A stretch of 64,000 nucleotides of DNA from an uncultured bacterium (GCA_964560355.1 CAZLLI010000003.1:2711-66710); one strand, 5' to 3'; positions 52,892 through 63,038 are shown, counted from the first letter of the stretch. Notes: generated by a model not told the origin, from the sequence alone. Translations and numbers: made by a program.

Positions 52892-54343
52892 ATGGTTTCC
52901 CGAGCGAGTGTGGGGGCGATGCACGACGCATACGGCATTCTCGTAATCGAAGCGAGCGACTGGGACGCCGAGCAGGTGCGCGCGCTCTTGCGCACCCTGT
53001 CGAAGCCGGTCCGCATCCTCAAGGCCGCCGACCTCGACCAGGACTGTGTTCGCGTCGACATCATCCTCCTCGGCTTCACCGACGCGGTCTCGTTCGAAAC
53101 GTCTCGTTCTACCTTAGAGAAGGCGCGCTCGTTGTCGCCCAACGCGCAGCTCATCCTGTGCATGCCGCGCGAGTCCGACGACCTCGACCGCCGCGTGCTC
53201 GAGCTCAAGGCGCGCGCCTTCCTCTTGAAGCCGCTCGAAGAGGGCACCTTCCGCGCGCTCATGGAGCAGACGCTTGCGTCCATCCACCTGCGCCGCGAAC
53301 GCCAGGAGCACGCGCGCGCGTCCAAGCGCTCGGTTCACGTCGAAGAGATCATCGGCACGAGCCCGCTCATTCGCCGCGTGCTGGAACTGATCGACAACGT
53401 CGCGCTGAGCACGTCGACGTCGGTGCTGCTCCTGGGCGAGTCCGGCGTCGGCAAGAGCCTCTTCGCGCACACCATCCACGAGCGCTCGCGCGCGGCGACG
53501 GGCCCCTTCATCGAGATCAACTGCGCGACGCTCCCGACCAGCCTGCTCGAGAGCGAATTGTTCGGCTACGAGCCGGGCGCGTTCACCGACGCGCGCGCGC
53601 AAAAGATCGGCCTCATCGAATTGGCCGACGGCGGCACGCTGTTCCTCGACGAAATCACCGAGATCGAGATGCAGACGCAGGCTAAGCTGCTCAAGTTTCT
53701 CGACACCAAACGTTTTCGCCGCCTGGCCGGCGACCGCGAGATCGCGGTGGAGACGCGCGTCATCGCGGCCAGCAATCGCGACATCAAGGAAGAGGTGCGG
53801 GCGCGGCGCTTCCGCGAAGACCTCTACTATCGATTGAACGTGGTCGAGATTCGCGTGCCGTCGTTGCGCGAGCGCCGCGAGGACGTCGAAGTCATCGCCG
53901 ACCACTACTTGGCCGAGTACAAGCGCAAGTTCAACAAGCCCCACCTGACGGTGTCGGCCGCCGCGCGCGCCATGATTCGCGAGTACCCGTGGCCCGGCAA
54001 CGTGCGCGAGCTCGTCAACGTGCTCGAGCGCGCGGTGCTCCTGTGCAACGACGACGCCATCGACGCCCACCACCTCCCCATCGAGATGCCCGCCGCCGGC
54101 CGCCGCGCGCTCCTGCGACGCCGCTCCGACGGCACCATCGAGATGGAGCTGCCCACCGGCGCGGTGACGCTGGACGAAGTCGAGCGCGCGCTGATCGAAG
54201 CCACCCTCAAGCGCACGCGCGGCAACGTGTCCCGCGCGGCCGAGCTCATGGGCACCAGCCGCGGCGCGCTCCGCAACAAGCTCACGCGCTACAAGATCGA
54301 CTCCCACGCCTTCCGCCGCCGCTCCTTCGCGCTGCAAGACTGA
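52892..54343 (+). CDS. Sigma-54-dependent activator with a degenerate (pseudo-)receiver domain and a variant GAFTDA loop
   Basis: N-terminal CheY-like fold lacking the acidic pair and the phospho-Asp (…ILVIEASDWD…, …VDIILLGFTD…) but keeping …LLKP…; AAA+ Walker A GESGVGKS; loop reads ESELFGYEPGAFTDA; C-terminal HTH. An alternative ATG at 52919. Confidence 0.8.
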   Translation: MVSRASVGAMHDAYGILVIEASDWDAEQVRALLRTLSKPVRILKAADLDQDCVRVDIILLGFTDAVSFETSRSTLEKARSLSPNAQLILCMPRESDDLDRRVLELKARAFLLKPLEEGTFRALMEQTLASIHLRRERQEHARASKRSVHVEEIIGTSPLIRRVLELIDNVALSTSTSVLLLGESGVGKSLFAHTIHERSRAATGPFIEINCATLPTSLLESELFGYEPGAFTDARAQKIGLIELADGGTLFLDEITEIEMQTQAKLLKFLDTKRFRRLAGDREIAVETRVIAASNRDIKEEVRARRFREDLYYRLNVVEIRVPSLRERREDVEVIADHYLAEYKRKFNKPHLTVSAAARAMIREYPWPGNVRELVNVLERAVLLCNDDAIDAHHLPIEMPAAGRRALLRRRSDGTIEMELPTGAVTLDEVERALIEATLKRTRGNVSRAAELMGTSRGALRNKLTRYKIDSHAFRRRSFALQD

Positions 54344-54383
54344 CCTCGTTGCGCGCGCGCGCGTCCGTTGCTACTATCGCGGC

Positions 54384-54875
54384 GTGGACGCACCTCCGCG
54401 CATCATCGTTCGCGACGCCGACCTTCGCGACGCGCCGTACATCGTCGACTTCAATCGCCGGCTCGCCGCCGAATCCGAAGAGCGCGTGCTCGACGCCGCC
54501 ATCGTGACCGCGGGCGTGCGCCGGGGCTTCGCGCACCCGGAGCTGTGCCGCTACTTCGTGGCCGAGATCGACGGACGCGTGGTGGGCACCACCATGGTGA
54601 CGTACGAGCTCACCGACTGGCGCGACGGCGTGCTGTGGTGGCTGCAAAGCGTGTACGTCGAGCCCGAGTACCGGCGCGCGGGCGTGTTCAAGGCCCTCTA
54701 TCGCTTCATCCACGAGCGCGCGCGCCAAAGCCGCGACGTGCGCGGCCTGCGCCTGTACGTACACCGGACGAATCACCGCGCGATGCGCGCCTACGAAACC
54801 ATGGGCATGGCCAAAGCGGACTACGAGTGCTACGAGATCGACTGGTCCGACGCCGTGCGCCGACGCGAGGACTAG
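54384..54875 (+). CDS. GNAT-family N-acetyltransferase
   Basis: 163 aa, GTG start; …WWLQSVYVEPEYRRAGVFKALYRFI… acetyl-CoA-binding motif. Confidence 0.7.
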   Translation: MDAPPRIIVRDADLRDAPYIVDFNRRLAAESEERVLDAAIVTAGVRRGFAHPELCRYFVAEIDGRVVGTTMVTYELTDWRDGVLWWLQSVYVEPEYRRAGVFKALYRFIHERARQSRDVRGLRLYVHRTNHRAMRAYETMGMAKADYECYEIDWSDAVRRRED

Positions 54876-56233
54876 TGCCGGGCTCGACGGGCGCTTCGAC
54901 GGCGAGCCGCGGCGTCGCGCGGCTGCTTTTCATGGCGGCGGGCGCCGTGTTCCTGCTCGGCGCCGTGCTCTACAACCCGTGGACGCTCGAGGTCGCCGCG
55001 CGCGGCGCGCGCGCCCTCTTCCACCGCGCGTTTCTCACGCCTGACGCTTTCCACATCCATTGCGCGCAGTGGACCTTCGCGCTCCTCGGTGCGACCGCCT
55101 TCGCCGCGGCGTGGATGATCGGTCGCCACGCGCGCGTCGACCGCTTCTTTCGACGGGGCGCGGTCGAGAAGTGGGTGCTCGCCGTCTTGATCGTGCTGGT
55201 GCCGGTCGTGTGTCTCGAAGTCGCGCTGCGTCCGTTTCTCCCCAACCACGAAAAAACGACGAACCTCTTTGTGAAGGACGAGCGCTTGGGATGGAAGCTG
55301 CGGCCCAACGCGGTTACGCACTGGGGCGACGTCGAGGTGCGAGTCAACGAGCGCGGCTTTCGCGGTCCCGTGATTCCGTACGACAAGCCGCGCGGCGCGA
55401 AACGCGTCGTGTACCTCGGCGACTCCGTGACCTTCGGCTATCGCGTCGCGCGCTGGGAGGACACGTATCCGTACGTGCTGCAGTCTTTGCTCGCAACGCG
55501 CGACTCGCTCGCGGTCGAAACCGTCAACCTCGCCGTCGAAGGCTACTCGCAGTGGCAGGAAGCGATCGTGCTCGCCGACGAAGGCGACCGCTACCAGCCC
55601 GACCTGGTCGTGGTCGGTTTCGTGCTGAACGACGTCACCGAGATGTTCCACCTCGCGCGCTTCGGCGGCAGCGACGAAGGCTTCCAATTGCGCCACTCGT
55701 ACGCGTCGCGCTGGGAGCGCTGGTTGTCGAAGAGCGCGCTCGTGTACGAGATCCAGAACGTGGTGCGCGAGATGAAGGCGCGGCGCGCGCTGGGCAGCGA
55801 CCTCCGTCTCGGTGCGATTCGCCAGCAAGCGCTCGACGTGGAGACGCTGATGCGCCAACCCGACCAGGCCAACGTCAAGACCGCGTGGGACATCGCGCTC
55901 GCCGACCTGCAGCGCATCGTCGACCACTGCGCGGCGCGCGACGTTCCCGTGCTGGTGGTGGTGTTCCCGTTCGCGGTGCAGATGGCCGACCCCGACGGAT
56001 TGTCGGCGCCGCAGCGCGTGCTCTCGTCGTACGCGGGCGCGCGCGGCGTCGACGCGGTCGATCTTTTGCCGCTCCTCGTCGAGCACGCGCGCGCGGCCGG
56101 CGTCGGCGCGGACGCCCTATTCGTCGACGAGGATCACTTGACCGTCGACGGCCACCGCGTGGTGGCAGGTATCCTGGAGGCGCGCGTCGCTGCTATACTG
56201 GCGCGTCGCAATCAGTCGGAGGTGACGCGATGA
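54875..56233 (+). CDS. Membrane-anchored SGNH/GDSL-family hydrolase
   Basis: Trimmed from ORF 54368..56233; GTG at 54875 overlaps the GNAT stop (alternative ATG at 54932). TM helix LLFMAAGAVFLLGAVLY; GDS block VVYLGDSVTFGY; C-terminal DxxH (DEDHLTVDGH). Confidence 0.6.
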   Translation: MPGSTGASTASRGVARLLFMAAGAVFLLGAVLYNPWTLEVAARGARALFHRAFLTPDAFHIHCAQWTFALLGATAFAAAWMIGRHARVDRFFRRGAVEKWVLAVLIVLVPVVCLEVALRPFLPNHEKTTNLFVKDERLGWKLRPNAVTHWGDVEVRVNERGFRGPVIPYDKPRGAKRVVYLGDSVTFGYRVARWEDTYPYVLQSLLATRDSLAVETVNLAVEGYSQWQEAIVLADEGDRYQPDLVVVGFVLNDVTEMFHLARFGGSDEGFQLRHSYASRWERWLSKSALVYEIQNVVREMKARRALGSDLRLGAIRQQALDVETLMRQPDQANVKTAWDIALADLQRIVDHCAARDVPVLVVVFPFAVQMADPDGLSAPQRVLSSYAGARGVDAVDLLPLLVEHARAAGVGADALFVDEDHLTVDGHRVVAGILEARVAAILARRNQSEVTR

Positions 56234-57078
56234 AGTGGAGCGGTCGGCGCGAGAGTGGAAACGTCGAAGATCGTCGCGGGATGACGCCCGGACGCATGGT
56301 AGTGGGCGGAGGGTTGGGCACCATCGTGATTCTCGTCATCGCGGCGCTGTTCGGCGCCGACCCGCGCCAGCTGCTGCAAACCGCGCAGACGCCGTCGGCG
56401 GACGGGACGGTGCAGGTCGACCCGCACCAGGAGGAGCTCAAGCATTTCGTCTCGGTCGTGCTCGCCGACACCGAGGACATTTGGGGCGAGATCTTCGCGA
56501 GGCAAGGCACCACCTACCAAAAGCCGTGGGTGGTGTTGTTCACCGGCCAGGTCGAGTCCGCGTGCGGATTCGCGAGCGCGGCGTCGGGGCCGTTCTACTG
56601 CCCGCCCGACCAGAAGGTCTACATGGACCTCTCCTTCTTCGACGAATTGCAGTCGCGCTTCGGCGCGCCCGGAGACTTCGCGATCGCATACGTGGTCGCG
56701 CACGAAGTCGGCCACCACGTGCAGAACATGATGGGCCTGACCGACAAAGTTCACTCGATGCAGGGACAAGTGAGCGAAGCCGAGTATAACCAGATGTCGG
56801 TGCGCCTCGAGTTGCAGGCCGACTTCCTCGCCGGCGTGTGGGCGCACTACGCGCAGAACCAGCTCGATGTGGTCGAGCCGGGAGACTTCGACGAAGCGAT
56901 CGCCGCCGCGGGGGCGGTCGGCGACGACCGCATTCAGAAAGCAGCGCGCGGTTACGTCGTCCCCGACGCTTTCACGCACGGGACCTCCGCGCAGCGCATC
57001 GCGTGGTTCCGCCGCGGCTTCGAAACCGGCGACCTCACCCAGGGCGACACCTTCAGCATCGACTACGGGGACTTGTAG
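56230..57078 (+). CDS. YpfJ-family putative neutral zinc metallopeptidase (membrane-anchored)
   Basis: ATGA overlap with the SGNH stop; GGAGGTG SD; TM helix; HEVGHH motif; …WFRRGFETGD… C-terminal family motif. Confidence 0.75.
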   Translation: MKWSGRRESGNVEDRRGMTPGRMVVGGGLGTIVILVIAALFGADPRQLLQTAQTPSADGTVQVDPHQEELKHFVSVVLADTEDIWGEIFARQGTTYQKPWVVLFTGQVESACGFASAASGPFYCPPDQKVYMDLSFFDELQSRFGAPGDFAIAYVVAHEVGHHVQNMMGLTDKVHSMQGQVSEAEYNQMSVRLELQADFLAGVWAHYAQNQLDVVEPGDFDEAIAAAGAVGDDRIQKAARGYVVPDAFTHGTSAQRIAWFRRGFETGDLTQGDTFSIDYGDL

Positions 57079-57090
57079 TCGGCGCGAACG

Positions 57091-58566
57091 CTAACGACCC
57101 ATCAAGAGCAGTTTGCGCGTGACGTGTTGTCCGGCGACGTCGAGCCGGAGAAAATACACGCCCGCCGCGAGCGACCTTCCCGAATCCCCGCGACCGTCCC
57201 ACGCGATCGACTGATCCCCTTCGGCGGTCGCGGGCCCGAAGAGGTCGCGCACCTTGGCGCCGCGCACGTCGTACACCGATAGCTGCACCCGCGCCGGCGA
57301 CGCGACGCGCATCTGAATCGTCCCCGAGCGCGGGAACGGATTCGCGAACACGAGGTCGAAGCCGAGCGGCGGCGGCGGCGTGACGGACGTCGCCGTCGCA
57401 CCCTGCAGTCGCTCCATCAGAGTGGAGCTCGTGATGCCGTCGGCCAGCGTCCAGAAGCCCGCGCACCAGATGTCGCAGTTCCCCACGATCTCCATGCCGC
57501 CGCTGCGCAGCATGTAGGTCGCGCCCGGAACTTGCGCGGGCACGTCGGTCCACGACGCACCGTCCCAGTGCCAGAAACCGTTCCAGCCCGACGCCCACAG
57601 GTCGTTGGGCGCCACCGCGGCGAGCGACCCGCCCGTGTTCGCGGGGGGCGTCGCCACGCTCCACTGCGACCCGTTCCAGTGCATCAGCACCACGCCGACG
57701 TCGGGAGCGCCGCCGATCGCCCACACGTCGTTGGGGCCGGTCGCGACGACGTCGTCCAGTCCGCTTTGCGAAATGTCCTCGATCGGACTGTCGACGTGTG
57801 TCCACGAATTCCCGTCCCAGTGGTAGGTGATGCCGCGAAACGTGTCGCCCACGTTGCGATAGTCGCCGACCGCCCACACGTCGTCGTGCGAGATCGCGAC
57901 CACGTCGTTCAATTGATGGTGGCGGGTCGCGACGCGCGGCACCTCGACGTCGGTCCAGCTCGACCCGTCCCAGTGCAGCGCCATCGGCACCGACGTCGCC
58001 TGCGCGTCGCCGTAGCCGTTGCCGATTCCCACCGCCCACACGTCGTCGTCGCCGACCGCGTCCACTTCGTACGCGAACCCTCCGCGCGCCGCGAACGGGT
58101 ACACCGTCTGCGGACGCAGCGTCGCCGTCGCGACGAAATCCCACGAACCGTTTCGCCACCGAAGCACGAGCGGGAGATTGTTGGTGGGATACGTCGTGGT
58201 CACGTTGCCGACCAGCCACACGTCGCCGTTGGACGTCGCGACCACTCCCTCGGTCTCCGGGAACGTGCCGAGACTCGTCGTTTCCGGCAGTCCGAAGAGA
58301 TTCCACGACGACCCGTTCCACCGCATCACGACCGGACCGCGGCCCGCGGGGTCGCCGCGCCAATAGCCGACCGCCCACGCGTCGTTGCTCGTGAGTGAGG
58401 TGATCGCCGTGAGTCGCGTCACGCTGTTGCCGACGTTGGGCGTCGGCACCAGCGTCCACGGTCCGCACGGCGCGACGGCCGCCGACACGGAGGCGATGAG
58501 AAGAGTCGCGCCGACCAGAATGGCGCGCAGTATCGAGCCTGGGTTGACTGGATGGTGGTACGTCAC
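57091..58566 (-). CDS. Secreted repeat protein (W/G-rich propeller-like repeats …DVWAVG…) with a T9SS-type C-terminal sorting domain
   Basis: C-terminus …VQLSVYDVRGAKVRDLFGPATAEGDQSIAWDGRGDSGRSLAAGVYFLRLDVAGQHVTRKLLLM matches the Por_Secre_tail pattern. Start proposed at GTG 58566 (GGAAGGGGG SD, then signal peptide …ILRAILVGATLLIASVSAAVA). An alternative ATG at 58617. Confidence 0.55.
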   Translation of the reverse strand: MTYHHPVNPGSILRAILVGATLLIASVSAAVAPCGPWTLVPTPNVGNSVTRLTAITSLTSNDAWAVGYWRGDPAGRGPVVMRWNGSSWNLFGLPETTSLGTFPETEGVVATSNGDVWLVGNVTTTYPTNNLPLVLRWRNGSWDFVATATLRPQTVYPFAARGGFAYEVDAVGDDDVWAVGIGNGYGDAQATSVPMALHWDGSSWTDVEVPRVATRHHQLNDVVAISHDDVWAVGDYRNVGDTFRGITYHWDGNSWTHVDSPIEDISQSGLDDVVATGPNDVWAIGGAPDVGVVLMHWNGSQWSVATPPANTGGSLAAVAPNDLWASGWNGFWHWDGASWTDVPAQVPGATYMLRSGGMEIVGNCDIWCAGFWTLADGITSSTLMERLQGATATSVTPPPPLGFDLVFANPFPRSGTIQMRVASPARVQLSVYDVRGAKVRDLFGPATAEGDQSIAWDGRGDSGRSLAAGVYFLRLDVAGQHVTRKLLLMGR

Positions 58567-58754
58567 GGAGGCCCCCTTCCGCGAAGAAATCCCGTGTCCG
58601 GGGAGGACCAGGATCATCGCGTATCGATTGCGGCCTTGCGTGTCTAGTCGATTTCGCCGGCGCCGGTCGGCACCCACGCGGGAAGATCGATCACCGGGGA
58701 GTATATCCTACTTTGGACTTGTATGCTCGTCTTGTCTCGTCGACCGCGAGGCGA

Positions 58755-59297
58755 TCAGCGCGGGCGCGAGAGCTCGAAGCGAATGGTGCCCGCTTCCGCG
58801 CCGTCGCCGACAAAACGGAAGCCACACTTCTCGAGTACGCGAATAGACGGCCGCAATTCCGGCATGGTGTGCGCGACGACGCGCGTCACCGACGGGTGCG
58901 CGAACGCCCACGCGACCAGCGCGCGCACGGCTTCGGGGGCGTAGCCCTGGCGTTGGTGCGACTCGGCGACGGAGTACCCGACTTCGACGGTGCCGTCGTC
59001 CGCGGGCGCGCCGGCGAAACCGCCGTTGCCGATCAGGATCGCGCCGCCGCTCGCACGCGCGAGCAAGAAGTACCACTTCGTCCAGCCGTCGTGCTCGGGG
59101 TGCGCGCGCATGTACTCGAGCACCCAGCGCATCGAATTCTCGTCGCTATAGAGCGGCGGCCAGTCGGTGGGAATCTCGGCGTCGAGGTGCGATGCGAACG
59201 ACGCGCGGTCCGCGAGCTCGGCGAGCTGCACGTCGACGGTGGCAGCGACGAGGATCAAGCGCGACGTGGGAACGGCGATGCGTCGATAGGGTGTCAT
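58755..59297 (-). CDS. GNAT-family N-acetyltransferase (RimJ/RimL-like)
   Basis: …HQRQGYAPEAVRALVAWAF…. Confidence 0.7.
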   Translation of the reverse strand: MTPYRRIAVPTSRLILVAATVDVQLAELADRASFASHLDAEIPTDWPPLYSDENSMRWVLEYMRAHPEHDGWTKWYFLLARASGGAILIGNGGFAGAPADDGTVEVGYSVAESHQRQGYAPEAVRALVAWAFAHPSVTRVVAHTMPELRPSIRVLEKCGFRFVGDGAEAGTIRFELSRPR

Positions 59298-59439
59298 GTG
59301 GGATCGCTTGTGAAGGTAGGCACGAGATTACAATTTGCTTGCCACTTTCGCAACCGCCTGCGCACACTGGCGCGAACGGCCCGCCGCTGGTCACCACTCG
59401 CCTCACCGCGGCCGCGTGCGAACTCTTCCAGGAGGATGT

Positions 59440-59685
59440 ATGGAATACTTGATCAACATTCTGGGCGGCGGCGTCGGCGGCAACATCTTCGGTGCGCTCA
59501 TGAAGAACCGCAGCATGGGCCCGGCGCTCAACACGATCCTGGGTGCGCTCGGCGGACTCGCGGGCGGACAGCTCGGCGGCGGCGCGCTCGGCGGCAGCAT
59601 GGGGGGCGACATCGCCGCGTCCGCGATCGGCGGAATCCTGCTCCCGCTGATCGGGAGCTTCTTCAAGAAAAAGCCCGCGGCCTAG
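59440..59685 (+). CDS. Small glycine-rich membrane protein (81 aa; GlsB/YeaQ/YmgE-like)
   Basis: MEYLINILGGGVGGNIFGALMKNRSMGPALNTILGALGGLAGGQLGGGALGG…; strong GGAGGA SD 4 nt upstream. Its stop overlaps the convergent stop of the large OMP gene. Confidence 0.5.
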   Translation: MEYLINILGGGVGGNIFGALMKNRSMGPALNTILGALGGLAGGQLGGGALGGSMGGDIAASAIGGILLPLIGSFFKKKPAA

Positions 59686-62600
59686 AAACCGAAACCGACG
59701 TTGAGATAGACGCGCCACTGCGGGTTGTACTCGACCACGGGCACGTCGAAGATCGGATTGACGTACTTGGCGTCGTCGAGCGCGTACGCGCCCGCGACGT
59801 TGACAGTGGTCGGGTAGGTGTAGAACGACCCCATGTTGAGGCGCAGCTCGGCGCCGACGTTGGAGTAGTAGTCGCGCGCGAGCGTGGGGTCGTCGGTGGG
59901 GAGATTTCCTTTGTTCCACGCACTCGCGGCTTCGTAGAAGATGCCGCCGTACACGTCCTTGAACGTGAGCCACGACGTCTGCTTGTCGATGCGCCGCCAG
60001 ATCGGAAAGCGATAGGTGAGGCTCGCGAGCGCGCCCTTGCGACCGCCGATCGCGTAGTACGTGTAACCGCGCAGCCGGTCCATGCCGCCCATGTAGACCC
60101 AGAAGAAGTCGTCGACGGGCTTGTCGATGACGGATCCGAATAAGCGCACCTGCAGCGTGTGCTGCCAGCCGGGTAGCGCCAGGTATTCCTTCCAATCGAC
60201 GGTGTACTGCCCGAAGTCGTTGTTGGTGAAGTCGGGGTTGACGCCGTATTCGAACTGCCCGCTCTCGAACAGCTCGTCCATTCCGTACATGACGTCGACC
60301 GTGAATTCGCGCCCGCCGCGCGGATTGATGTCGCTGTCGACGGCGCGCTCGATCGACTTGTAGTACCAGCGCACGTGCGCGTCGTTGCCGATGAAGTACT
60401 TCCACCCCACCGGTTGCTCGGGCAGCTGCTGGCCGCCGGGGTCGTCGAGCGGCGTGTAGAACGGCTCCAAGAAAATGTTGTACTCGCTGTGATTCCACCA
60501 CACGGTGAAATCGTTGCGATGCGTCAGGCTATAACGGTCCTCGAACTCGAAGCGCAACCCGAGGTCCGCCGACCACACGTCGTAGCGATAGTCGACGTAG
60601 TAGTAGCGGTCGAACTCTTCGAGCGGAAATTGGTCGGAGTACTTCTGGCGCACCTTGTAGTACTCCATGAAGATCACCGGGAAGATACGCCGCAGTTCGA
60701 AATCGAAGATGAGGTCGAATTCGCCGTCGGTGCCGTAGGAGCCGCCGAAGAACAGGCTCTGGCGGTCGAGCACTTCGTTGTTGGCGACGAAGAGACCGAG
60801 GCGCGGCGTCCCGTCCCAAATCAAGAAGCGCGGGAAGAACTGGAATCCGGTGTAGTCCCACTTGTAGGGCTTAGTCTCGTATCCGGGCGCTTGCACGCCG
60901 ATGTTCGCGCTCGTCGGCTCTGACGGCGGCGCGGGCGCGTCCGGGCGCGCGCCCGAGATCGGCACCAGCGACGCGTCGATCGGCGTCGCGGGATTCGCGC
61001 CGTAGTCGACCATACCGACGCTCGATTTCAAATCGACGCACTCGTCGAACTCGCCCGCCGCGCGCGTGTCGTACGCGTCGCGCGTGAGCGTGGCGACCGC
61101 ACTCGTCTGCGGCGCGAGTGTCATCGCGCGGTAGCCCTTCGCGGTGTACTCCGAGTACACCAGCGTGCCGTCGCGCGCGAGGTCGGGCATGAAGGCGCCG
61201 CCCACCACGTTGGTGAGTTGTGTGACGTCGCCCGTCGCGAGGTCGATGCGGTAGAGGTTGAAAATACCGGTGCGGTCGGACGCGAACACGATGCCGCTGC
61301 CGTCGGGCGTCCAGCGCGCGTCGCGCTCGTCGTTGGGCGACTGGATTTCGACGCGGAAGTCGCTGCCGTCGACCGCGACCGACGCGATGTCGCGCGTCCC
61401 CTTCTCGAAAATACCGAACAGGATGCGGGTCCCGTCGGGCGAATAGGAGGGCGTGTACATCTGCACGCCGCCCACCGCGGGGCGAATCACCTTGAGACCG
61501 CTGCCGTCCGCGTTCATGGTCGCGAGGCGGTGGGTCCCGTCCTGGTTGAGCACGCACACGAGGGAGCGGCCGTCGGGCGACCACTGCGGCTCGGCCGCGC
61601 GCAGCTTGTGGGTGAGCCGCTTCTCCTTCTTGTTCGCGAAGGTGTATGTGTACAAGTCGCTGACGCGCGCGCCGTACGCGTCGACGCGGGTGTGCTTGGC
61701 GTAGAGCAGCGTGGAGCCGTCGGGCGAGAACGACGCCCCCGACGACACGCCCCCTTCGATCTGGTCGAAGTGTTTGCCGTCGCGGTCGATCGTGTACAGC
61801 GACGTCGACGCGTAGTCGCTGCCTTCGTTCGACAACAGCGCGACGCGCCGGCCGTCGGGGCTGAACGCAGGGTCGAGCGTCATGAAGCCGTCGTCGGAGA
61901 GCACGGTGCCTTCGCGGACGTTGGCGCGCACGTCGACCAGCATGCGGTCGTAGCGCGCGGCGAGGTACGCCTTCCAGTCGCGGTAGAGCTGTTCGCCGGT
62001 CTTGCCGGTGGCTTCCTTGAGCGCGCCGTCGATGGTGAGCCGGTTCCATTTCCCCAGGTACTCCGCGGTACGGTTCAAACTCTCCGGCCCGTACGTCGCC
62101 GCGATGTAGCGCACCAGGCCGAAGCCGTGGTCGTACACCTGCTCGTTGCCGATGCTCCGGTGCCCCAGGAACCCCATCTGGTCGTACGTCATCATGCGGT
62201 CTTCGGTCACCGCCGCGCGCAGGATCATGTCGCGGTGCGTGTCCCAGCAGTCGGTTTGCAGCGCGGGAGACTGATACTGCGCGACGCCTTCCGCCCACCA
62301 CGCCGGCACCACCGTGCCCGTGATCGGATACGACACGATCAAGTCGGGGTAGCCGGTGATCACGTCGGGGCGCTTTTCGTTTTCGAAGTCGACGGCTTGG
62401 AAGTAGAGCGCGGGGATGCGCAGCGGCATCTTCATCGACGCCTGGATCGACACGATGTGCGTGAACTCGTGCGTGATGACGTTGCGCAGCCACGGCGTCG
62501 TGCCGCGCAGGTGAAACTCGAGGTTGGTGGCCCAGATCTCGATCTTGTTGTCGTAGTAGTACGCGGCGCCGTTGGCGTAATCCTCGGTGTCGAGCAGGAT

Positions 62601-62855
62601 CAAGTGCACGCGCTTGGGCTCGTAGCCGTACACGTCCGTGATGGGCTTATAGATTTCTTCCGCGATGCGCGCGGTCTCGGCGCCCGTCCACTCTTCGCCG
62701 GCGTGGAAGTGGACGTCGAAGTGCTCGGTGGAGATGGTCTTCCACTCGAGCCCCGGGTTGACTCCCGCCGACGCGCGCGCCGCGATCACTAGCATGGCGG
62801 CCGCCGCGGCGATGGTGACGCTGCGGTAAACACGACGAAGCAAGAGCATGGGCAC
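59682..62855 (-). CDS. Large outer-membrane protein: N-terminal HExxH zincin-like domain + PD40/TolB-like beta-propeller + C-terminal Omp85/D15-like beta-barrel
   Basis: Signal peptide MPMLLLRRVYRSVTIAAAAAMLVIAARASA; VITHEFTHIV; repeated …SPDG… blades; C-terminal …GYTYYAIGGRKGALASLTYRFPIW…LNVGFGF, ending in the aromatic OMP signature. Confidence 0.7.
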   Translation of the reverse strand: MPMLLLRRVYRSVTIAAAAAMLVIAARASAGVNPGLEWKTISTEHFDVHFHAGEEWTGAETARIAEEIYKPITDVYGYEPKRVHLILLDTEDYANGAAYYYDNKIEIWATNLEFHLRGTTPWLRNVITHEFTHIVSIQASMKMPLRIPALYFQAVDFENEKRPDVITGYPDLIVSYPITGTVVPAWWAEGVAQYQSPALQTDCWDTHRDMILRAAVTEDRMMTYDQMGFLGHRSIGNEQVYDHGFGLVRYIAATYGPESLNRTAEYLGKWNRLTIDGALKEATGKTGEQLYRDWKAYLAARYDRMLVDVRANVREGTVLSDDGFMTLDPAFSPDGRRVALLSNEGSDYASTSLYTIDRDGKHFDQIEGGVSSGASFSPDGSTLLYAKHTRVDAYGARVSDLYTYTFANKKEKRLTHKLRAAEPQWSPDGRSLVCVLNQDGTHRLATMNADGSGLKVIRPAVGGVQMYTPSYSPDGTRILFGIFEKGTRDIASVAVDGSDFRVEIQSPNDERDARWTPDGSGIVFASDRTGIFNLYRIDLATGDVTQLTNVVGGAFMPDLARDGTLVYSEYTAKGYRAMTLAPQTSAVATLTRDAYDTRAAGEFDECVDLKSSVGMVDYGANPATPIDASLVPISGARPDAPAPPSEPTSANIGVQAPGYETKPYKWDYTGFQFFPRFLIWDGTPRLGLFVANNEVLDRQSLFFGGSYGTDGEFDLIFDFELRRIFPVIFMEYYKVRQKYSDQFPLEEFDRYYYVDYRYDVWSADLGLRFEFEDRYSLTHRNDFTVWWNHSEYNIFLEPFYTPLDDPGGQQLPEQPVGWKYFIGNDAHVRWYYKSIERAVDSDINPRGGREFTVDVMYGMDELFESGQFEYGVNPDFTNNDFGQYTVDWKEYLALPGWQHTLQVRLFGSVIDKPVDDFFWVYMGGMDRLRGYTYYAIGGRKGALASLTYRFPIWRRIDKQTSWLTFKDVYGGIFYEAASAWNKGNLPTDDPTLARDYYSNVGAELRLNMGSFYTYPTTVNVAGAYALDDAKYVNPIFDVPVVEYNPQWRVYLNVGFGF

Positions 62856-62909
62856 CGTGGAATCTACGAGGGGTGGGTTTGCGGTCCGTGGAACGCTATT
62901 GCAGCTAAC

Positions 62910-62939
62910 AATTTATCGCGTTTCATCGGGTCCTGTCAA
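62910..62939 (-). promoter_or_regulatory. Sigma-70 promoter candidate for the large OMP gene (TTGACA-18-TAAATT)
   Basis: Minus strand: gaaTTGACAggacccgatgaaacgcgaTAAATTgttagc, within a locally AT-richer divergent region. Confidence 0.35.
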
Positions 62940-63038
62940 TTCTCGTTTTTTTCTCCGCACGGCCCGCGCGTCGCGCTAAATAGTAATGACGGAATCGGCG
63001 TCGGTCCCTACACTCGGCGCCGGAGAAGGAGCAAAGGC

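Noticed and set aside
59329-59346. Minus-strand TGGCAAgcaaaTTGT upstream of the GNAT gene 58755..59297
   Set aside because: Spacing is right, but the -12 GC is GT and the -24 ends in A. Below what I would accept without PWM scoring.
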